A stretch of 64,000 nt of DNA from Octopus vulgaris (lineage: Eukaryota): the NCBI GenBank assembly GCA_951406725.2, contig OX597827.1:69874001-69938000 (forward strand), read 5' to 3'. Below the pieces are notes generated by a model that was given only the letters and a program-made list of their open reading frames with translations, was not told where the DNA came from and did no database searches. The translations under genes and the position numbers were made by a program. Of this stretch, positions 55,221-64,000 are shown one piece after another. Position 1 is the first letter of the stretch; each line of letters opens with the position of its first letter.

Positions 55221-55306
55221 GATGATGATGATGGTGATGGTAATGATGATGATGGTGGTGGTGGTGATGATGATGAGGATGATGATGATGATGGTGATTA
55301 TGATGG

Positions 55307-55350
<44 letters not shown>

Positions 55351-55415
55351 GTGATGATGATGGTGATGGTAATGATGATGATGGTGGTGGTGGTGATGAT
55401 GATGAGGATGATGAT
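54900..55415. repeat. (GAT/GGT)n microsatellite
   Basis: Directly visible; source of the poly-His and poly-Met ORFs. Confidence 0.95.
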
Positions 55416-55569
55416 TCCATGTGCTTTTCACCGGTCAATGGCTGTTGAGAGAAATCAAGGAAGAAAGTTATTATTAATAATAATGATCCTTTCTAGTATA
55501 GGCACAAGGCCCGAAATTTTGAGGAGTTGGTGATAAGTCAATTACATCGACCCCAGTACGCATATGTGA

Positions 55570-56060
55570 ATAGAAAGTATGTCCCCCGTCCGACTCACAA
55601 ACCTTTCAAGCGACCTTGGTCTGTTTCACAACCATTACTAGACCGTCTCTGCACCTATTCCGTCATCAATTACCGCCCCTCCCCCATTACAACACAGTGC
55701 ATCCTTACCGACACACCAGCATCAAGACCAACATCACCAACATCGCCATCACCATATCATCATCACCACTTCCTAGATTACGTTGTGCCATCTCGCTTGA
55801 ATCGAAACTTAGCGTATATTCATCCTAATGCTGCTGTGCGCCCACGAATAAAGAGATCTTTCTACGGTCGTAGCTTTCTTTCCTCGAACTGCCAGACTTT
55901 GGAACTCCTTCTATCTCACCGTTTCCTCACCTTTTTATGACTTGAACTCTTTCCAGTCGAAAGTAAATCCATTCCTTTCGTCTTAATTTCTCCTTCTTCA
56001 TAGTTCCTTTACACTAAGTAGCTTCTCGCATTATTTGAGACTTTCTTACAAAATAAAATT
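55570..56060 (+). mobile_element. Old CR1/L2-group LINE 3' remnant
   Basis: SRTARLWNS...YDLNSFQSKVN resembles the C-terminus of CR1/L2-group ORF2. Confidence 0.5.
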
Positions 56061-56417
56061 CTTTGGAACTTCATCTAAGTTCACTGGTTTCAATTGACCG
56101 GCAGCAGAGCTGGCTGGTGTTGTAATACCACAACTAAAACACTTGCAATTCTCTTGAGAATTAAAACAGGACTACGAAATTAGCATCAGTCTAGTAATAT
56201 TGATCAATTAAATCGATGATTCCCAAACTGTCAACAACCATGATTCCCAACACCACCCAACCCCATAATATTGATGAAAACGCTACACCTCTCTTTCCAC
56301 CTTTTTTCTTCTTTTAATGAGAAGACAAATTAGAGTCTACCTCTATAAAATTATTCTTTCTTTGCCATGATGTTGGTTGGACAACTTGAAAATGTTTAAA
56401 ACCATCTTAATGTTTTT

Positions 56418-57017
56418 CCTATTTCTTTATTGTCCACAAGGGGCTAAACATAGAGGGGACAAACAAGGACAGACAAACGGATTAAGTCGATTAGATCGAC
56501 CCTAGTGCGTAACTGGTATTTAATTTATCGACCCCGAAAGGATGAAAGGCAAAGTCGACCTCGGCGGAATTTGAACTCAAAACGTAGCGGCAGACGAAAT
56601 ACCTTTCTTTACTACCCACAAGGGGCTAAACACAGAGGGAACAAACAAGGACAGACAAACGGATTAAGTCGATTATATCGACCACAGTACATAACTGGTA
56701 CATTTTTAATCGACCCCGAAAGGATGAAAGGCAAAGTCGACCTCGGCGGAATTTGAACTCAGAACGTAGCAGCAGGCGAAATACCTATTTCTTTATTACC
56801 TACAAGGGGCTAAACACAGAGGGGACAAACAAGGACAGACAAACGGATTAATCGATTATATCGACCCCAGTGCGTTACTGGTACTTAATTTATCGACCCC
56901 GGAAGGATGAAAGACAAGGTCGACCTCGGCGGAATTTGAACTCAGAACGTAGCGGCAGACGAAATACCGCTACGCATTTCGACGGCGTGCTAACGTTTCT
57001 GCCAGCTCGCCGCCTTA
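56418..57017 (-). mobile_element. SINE family A, one head plus three body units
   Basis: Unit of about 180 bp repeated three times; head at the right end. Confidence 0.9.
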
Positions 57018-57990
57018 AACTATCTTATTTTTTTCTGTTTAGCTGCAGCCATAGTTGTGCAGTTAAGAAGTTCGATCCTCTGTCACGTGGTTTCGGGTTC
57101 AGTTCCATTGAGCTACCCATTGACAAAGCGTCTCCCACCACGACCCCGGACCTGACGGGATCCGCCAATGCCACGTGAGGGAAGTTGAAGGCGCAAGATA
57201 TGTTGAAGCCCGTCTTATATGCATATACTCACACGTGCGTGTGTGTGTGGTGTATGTGTGAGATTTTATTGATATATGGACGTGAGTGTACCAATAAGTC
57301 TGTCCACTCGCTGCTTGAAAACCGATGTTGGTTTATTCACGTCCCAGTAGCTTAACGGTTCGGCGAAAAGACATCGCTAGGATAAGTATAAGACTTTAAA
57401 ATAATTACTGGAATTGATTTCCTTGACTAAACCTTTGAAGGCAGTGCTCCAGCATGGGCGTAGTCCAATGACTGAAACAATTAAAAGAACAGCAGCGACA
57501 ACGAACTGGCACATTCGGAGTATATGTGTTAGGCCAACCTATTGCCACCCACTCCAACGCGACAGGCCATTCAAGCGCTCATCTGTGCGCGGCATCTCCG
57601 CACTTAATGGATCCAAATACACCACATAAAGAAATATCTACTCTCACACTTTTCCTCTTTGTTATCCTCCGACTCCCATTTAACCTCATTGCTTCTCGAC
57701 ATTGCCTACTTCTTCACCTCATTCCAATTCTCTTTCCTTCTACAGCTCTCAACCTGTTTCTCTCTCCTCCTCCTACTTCCTGTTCACGTACGACGCTGTG
57801 TCGATCCCATGGTTCTTATCAGTTGCAGCCGCTTTTCCTTGAAGAAGGACTCTTATTCGGGACACTGGATTTTCCACTCGTCACAGCAAATTCACTATGC
57901 TCTTTCTTTGGTTATCGATTTTACCAAATAATACAAGTTTTGCCGACGCAAAACAAAACCAGTCTCTTTTGAGACTATCTATATACTTGA

Positions 57991-58059
<69 letters not shown>

Positions 58060-58070
58060 CATATATATAT

Positions 58071-58168
<98 letters not shown>

Positions 58169-58382
58169 GGACAAAGAGAGATACATATACATATATGTAT
58201 ATGTATAATTATATATATATATATATGTGTGTGTATGGATGTATGTGTGTATGGATGTATGTGTGTATGGATGTATGTGCGCCCGTACAGAATACACATG
58301 TATACATGAATACACATGCACTTATATATACATTGTTCTGTCAAACTCTCTTAATTTCTCTTTTTGTCTCTCTCCTTCCCTC

Positions 58383-58495
<113 letters not shown>

Positions 58496-58532
58496 ATATA
58501 TATGTATATATATATATAGGTCTATCTATCTG

Positions 58533-58599
<67 letters not shown>

Positions 58600-58611
58600 A
58601 TATAGGTCTAG

Positions 58612-58732
<121 letters not shown>

Positions 58733-58739
58733 CCTATAT

Positions 58740-58799
<60 letters not shown>

Positions 58800-58820
58800 A
58801 GATAGACAGATAGATAGACC

Positions 58821-58920
<100 letters not shown>

Positions 58921-59287
58921 CAGACCTATCTATCTAACAATCAATTTATCTACTAACTCCCTACCAGCATACCCTCGCCAACCGCCAGCCTCGCCCCTCT
59001 CTCGTTACAATGCCGAACGTCACCAACAGTCTAAAGGAGTGTTTTGCTAATGTAATCAACTCACACAAATTTCGTTTAGATTAATTTACATTCGCCATCT
59101 GCTCCTCCCCGTTTTTTCTAATTAGATTAATCACGTCTTGCTAACGATCATAATTTTTTTTTTTTTTTTACTCTCTACTCCAAATTCAAACTAAAATCAA
59201 TGTTTTAGATTCTTCACCATCACCCCCTCCACACACACACACACACACCACACACACACACATTCCCTTACCTTAGTATTTCCAACA

Positions 59288-59636
59288 ATCCATCCATCCA
59301 TCCATGCATCCATCCATCCATCCATCCATCCATGCCTCCATCCATCCATCCATCCATGCCTCCATCCATCCATCCATCCATGCCTCCATCCATCCATCCA
59401 TGCCTCCATCCATCCATCCATGCCTCCATCCATCCATCCATCCATGCCTCCATCCATCCATCCATGCCTCCATCCATCCATCCATGCCTCCATCCATCCA
59501 TCCATCCATGCATCCATCCATCCATCCATCCATCCATCCATCCATCCATCCATCCATCATGCATCCATCCATCCATCCATCCATGCCTCCATCCATCCAT
59601 CCATCCATCCATCCATGCATCCATCCATCCATCCAT
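59288..59636. repeat. (CATC)n array with recurring catgcctc variant
   Basis: Directly visible; higher-order period of 20-24 bp. Confidence 0.95.
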
Positions 59637-60451
59637 TTACTCAGACCGTCGGCAGGGACGTTCGTTCGTTTATTCATCCCTCTATCCATCCATGCATGTG
59701 CGCGCTTATTTGTAGTTCTTTCTTTCCTTCTTTTTCTCTGTCTTCCCCTCTTTTTCCTTTCTCTCTCTCTCTCTCTATCCTTTCTGTCTTTCTTTTCCTT
59801 ACTCTCTTCTTTCTTTCCCTTCTTTCTCTCTACCTCTCTATCTTTCTTTCACACTTTCTTTTCCTTTCATTCTTTCTTTCTTTCTCTCTTTTTTCTTTCC
59901 CCCTTTTTCTCTCTCACTCTCTTCCTTCCTTCTTTCCTTTTTTCTCTCTCTCTTTCTTTCTTTCTTTCTTTTTCTTTCTTTCTCTTTTTCTTTCTCTTTT
60001 TCTACTTTCTTTAACTCTGTCTCTGTCTTTTTTTCTTTCTCATTCTCTTTTCTTTCCTTCTTTCTTTTTCTTTTTCCTTTTTCTCTCTCACTCTCTTTCT
60101 TCCTTCATTTCTCTTTCTTTCTTTCTTCCTCTCTTTCCCTATTTCCTTTTTGTTGGTCTGCTTCTTTCTTTCCATCCTTCCTTCCTTTCTTTCTTTCTTT
60201 CATTCTTTTCTTCCTTCTTTCTTTCTTTCCGTCTTTTTGTTCTACTGATCTTTCCTTTTCTCCTCTTTGTTTCGCTCTCAAGAAGCTGATGTGGAACAGC
60301 GAGGACGTGTACCACACACCGCATTAGTGGATAAATGTTTTTTTGTCTGTGGATTGACAAGGCGACCAACGGTTTCATGTAAGAAGTCTCTCAACAATTA
60401 TCAACTACGCCACATGGGAACGCTGGAACTCGACTCTATTTTGGATGCGAC

Positions 60452-60512
<61 letters not shown>

Positions 60513-60746
60513 TTCCGTAATGATATAAAAAATAAAACCAAGGCTATGTTCTAAAATCTACACACCCTGGGTTTTTTTTTCATCTCATTACGGAAACAAA
60601 TTTTATACACACGCTGATATATGACCTACTTTGGACCCCTTATTCGCATAATCACCGAACCTGGAACTCAACTATGGTCTATCCATAGCACTTATTCAGC
60701 ATTACCTGACACCTTTGGGCCTCACTGACACCATTACCTCTCATAA

Positions 60747-60790
<44 letters not shown>

Positions 60791-60793
<3 letters not shown>

Positions 60794-61161
60794 CCTTAAA
60801 TCCTTAAAAATGTTTTAGCCCGAAGGCCGCGACCATGCTGGGGCACCACCGCTGAATGAGCTACACTAATATGTGAATCCACCTCTGATACGTGGCACTT
60901 GATCAACAAGGGAGTTCGATGCTGCTGCCCGCATCTGCGTCTCCTGTCGTGAGGTAGGTTCATCCGGGACTCCCGACAAGAAGAGATCCAGTTTAGTTTT
61001 AAAGAAACCCACATCCACACCATGTAAGTCTCTCAGGCATTTAGGGAGGATGTTAAAGAGCTGTGGTCCTCTGAAAACCCAAGCTGTTGCAGTATCTGGT
61101 CCTGTATTTTGATGGTGATGTTGGAATATTTGGCACCATCTTTGGCACCATCTTTGGCATC

Positions 61162-61162
<1 letters not shown>
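60791..61162 (-). mobile_element. CR1-clade LINE 3' end
   Basis: PQLFNILPKCLRDLHGVDVGFFKTKLDLFLSGVPDEP...SNSLVDQ, 3' stem-loop and (tttaagga)n octamer tail. Confidence 0.85.
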
Positions 61163-61243
<81 letters not shown>

Positions 61244-61517
61244 ATATATAGTTGAGGTGTGTTCTGTTAAGAACGTATAAGAGGGCAAATAGAGCTCGTT
61301 CACAAAACCCATTTTTTACCGCCTTCACGTATGTATAGGAGTGTGTATATATGATGGAGAGTTCAACGATATAACTCTCTAGCTATAACTATGTACATGG
61401 AAATGAGTAGATAAATGTATAAGCGTCTATGTATAGATGTGAATGTGTTTATTGATATGGAGGGGAGTATACGCATGCGTGGGTGCATCTAAATGTATGT
61501 ACATACATTTTTATATA

Positions 61518-61914
61518 GGCGTACGAGTGGCTGTGTGGTAAGTAGCTTGCTTACGAACCACATGGTTCCGGGTTCAGTCCCACTGCGTGGCACCTTGGGC
61601 AAGTGTCTTCTACTATAGCCTCGGGTCGACCAAAGCCTTGTGAGTGGATTTGGTAGACGGAAACTGAAAGAAAGCCATCGTATATATGTATATGCATGTG
61701 TGTGTATATGTTTGTGTGTCGGTGTTTGTCCCCACCAACATCGCTTGACAACCGATGTTGGTGTGTTTACGTCCCTGTAACTTAGCGGTTCGGCAAAAGC
61801 GACCGATAGAATAAGTACTAGGCTTACAAAGAATAAGTCCTGGGGGTCGATTTGCTCGACTAAAGGTGGTGCTCCAGCATGGCCACAGTCACATGGCTGA
61901 AACAAGTAAAAGAG
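61518..61914 (+). mobile_element. SINE family B, full length
   Basis: tRNA-like head, CORE-like accttgggcaagtg, internal TA/TG microsatellite, CR1-like tail. Confidence 0.92.
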
Positions 61915-62599
61915 TGTGACTGTATGTGGGGGTGTATGTGTGTATATATGGAAATAACTCAGTGACGTATGGTATATCGGTGTGTAAGCGACTGTATATG
62001 AGCTGAATGTATTTTGCGTAAAAGTACAACCTGGCATGTGCAGAACAACATGTTGAAACTGAATAAACAAACTGACAACGTGCACATTGCAGCTCATGTC
62101 GAACGTGATAACACACTCATACCGAGCGAATTGAAACCGTCAGCGTTTGTTGGTTTCAAAGAAGAAGCCATGGATGTTGTAGCATGGAAATCTAGATTTA
62201 CTTACGGAGACAGCAACTGAGTATCGCTTGAGGAGATACATATAGATCTTCTTATACAGGTTTCTCGTTAAAGAATTTAATTCAAATTTCACTGTAAATC
62301 CTGTATATACGTGGATCTGTATCTATCGAAAAATTTGTAGTGATTAAAAAGCTGCCTAACAGTACTTTTGACTCTTTTACTTCTTACATTTTATTATATA
62401 TATATATTAAACACATATATATATATACATCTATATTTGTATATATATATACATATATATATATATATCGTGGTACTCAGTCGGTTACGACGATGAGGGT
62501 TCCAGTTGATTCCGATCAACGGAACAAGCTACACGTGAAATTAACGTGTAAGTGGCTGAGCACTCCACTGACACGTTTACCCTTAACGTAGTTCTTGTA

Positions 62600-63683
62600 G
62601 TGATCATGGTGGAGGATATCGACTCCTTACTTGTTTTTCTAAAATGCACCGTAAATGTTCAATAATATTGAGATCTGGGGACTGTGGTGGCCAAATAAAA
62701 TGTTCAACTTCAGTAGAATGTTCCTCGTGCCATTCAGTAACAACTTTAGCCGAGTGAATTGGTGCATTAACATCCTGAAAGATTGCGTTTCCCTCCGGAA
62801 ACAGTCTGCAACCATAGGATGAATTTGATCAGATAAATTGCTTAGTCTTGACTATTAATTCTGCCACGAAGGGAAACCATTGGGCTGGCGGATTTTCAAG
62901 ATATAGCCCCCTTCCCCCAGATCATCACTGATCCTCTTTCCATGTTTAACAGTTGGAAGAAGGCAGTCTGGGTCAAATGCTTCTTTTGGCTGTCTCCACA
63001 CATATACTCGGCTGGTGATCGGAAATAACGTAAAGGATGACTTGTCCGAGAGAATAACATTCTTCCATTGCTCTAGGGACCAATTCTGTAGGTGTTTACT
63101 CCACTCTAAATGCTTTGCAATGTTTGTTTTTGAAAGTAGTGGTTTTCCGATTGCAGCCCTCCCGTGAAATTTGGATTTGTGCAGCTCCCGGCAAACAGTT
63201 TTTGTGGAAACTGGGTTCTCGAGGTGGTCATTAAGCTCTGCAGTAATTTTGGGAGCTGTACTTTTGTGATCCTTTCTAAAAATTTGCGTAAGATTTCGAC
63301 GGTCCTTACCTGAAAGTTTTGGTTTTCTTCCGGAGTTTTGTTTCGACGAAGAGGTTTTTCCCTCTTTCTCAAAGGCTGTCATCACCTTCGAGACAGTACT
63401 TCTTGATATGCCAAACATTTTGTCTGCTTTCGTTATGTTGGCGCCTGCCATACGAACTCCAACAACTTGACCTCTTTGAAAGTCCGGTAGATCTGTCATT
63501 TTAATGAATTTTAATTACCTTTTTCTGATAATATCTGAAAAGAAACAGCAATTTTCGCAAATCATTAAGCAACACTAATAATAAATAAAAAAACATACAA
63601 ATAAATAAGCTTTTGACAGTTTTATAGATATTTCAAAATTATGCTATGATGCTAGGTATTTCCATTATTTTGTTCAACCCCTG
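62600..63683 (-). mobile_element. Tc1-like (DD34E) transposon, frameshifted and 3'-truncated
   Basis: TA|CAGGGGTTGAACAAAATAATGG left TIR. ORF 62855-63499 has SGRKPKLS, KPLLS, WKNVILSDKSSF and PTVKHG; downstream frame has FQDVNAPIH and WPPQSPDLNIIEH. Confidence 0.93.
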
Positions 63684-63699
63684 TATATATATATATATG

Positions 63700-63743
<44 letters not shown>

Positions 63744-63759
63744 CGTACGTACGTATACA

Positions 63760-63822
<63 letters not shown>

Positions 63823-64000
63823 GTATGTATATATATATATATATATATGTATATGTGTGTGTATGTGTGTGTGTGTGCGTGTGTTTGTGTGTGTGATATT
63901 CTCTATATCCTGTATAACGTGGATGTATTACTGCGGCATTCATCCTGAGAGATTCTCTCATATAGATGTACAGTATTAAGAGCAGACACACACAGATATA

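Noticed and set aside
56418-57017. Regularly spaced repeats resembling a CRISPR array
   Set aside because: Whole 180-bp units repeat with no unique spacers; they are SINE bodies in a eukaryotic context with no cas genes.

Overview
AT-rich, microsatellite-saturated animal genomic DNA. The SINE families and the mollusc-type aminergic receptor suggest an octopus (inference). There is one clear host gene: an intronless class A GPCR ORF (4166-6361, +, 731 aa), most like the type 2 tyramine / Lymnaea oa2-type octopamine receptors. The rest is a dense transposon landscape: several tRNA-derived SINE families, RLE (R4/Dong-like), RTE and CR1 LINE fragments, two Helitrons with intact ends, decayed mariner, Tc1 and maT transposases, hAT and mariner MITEs, and a Penelope-like (PLE) coding fragment. 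Nearly all other ORFs in the track are microsatellite read-throughs. The most unusual signal is a set of minimal type I hammerhead-ribozyme (HHR) motifs in several short repeat families. One has an intact core inside a TSD-flanked, tRNA-headed element with PLE-type inverted-end architecture (46720-47110). Another has a compensated U3-A8 core (29722-29770). An 87-bp perfect palindrome folds back exactly on an HHR stem III (53769-53855). Together these suggest ribozyme-bearing non-autonomous elements, including a SINE-like one, mobilised by Penelope-like retroelements. All calls are by eye; no searches or folding programs were run.
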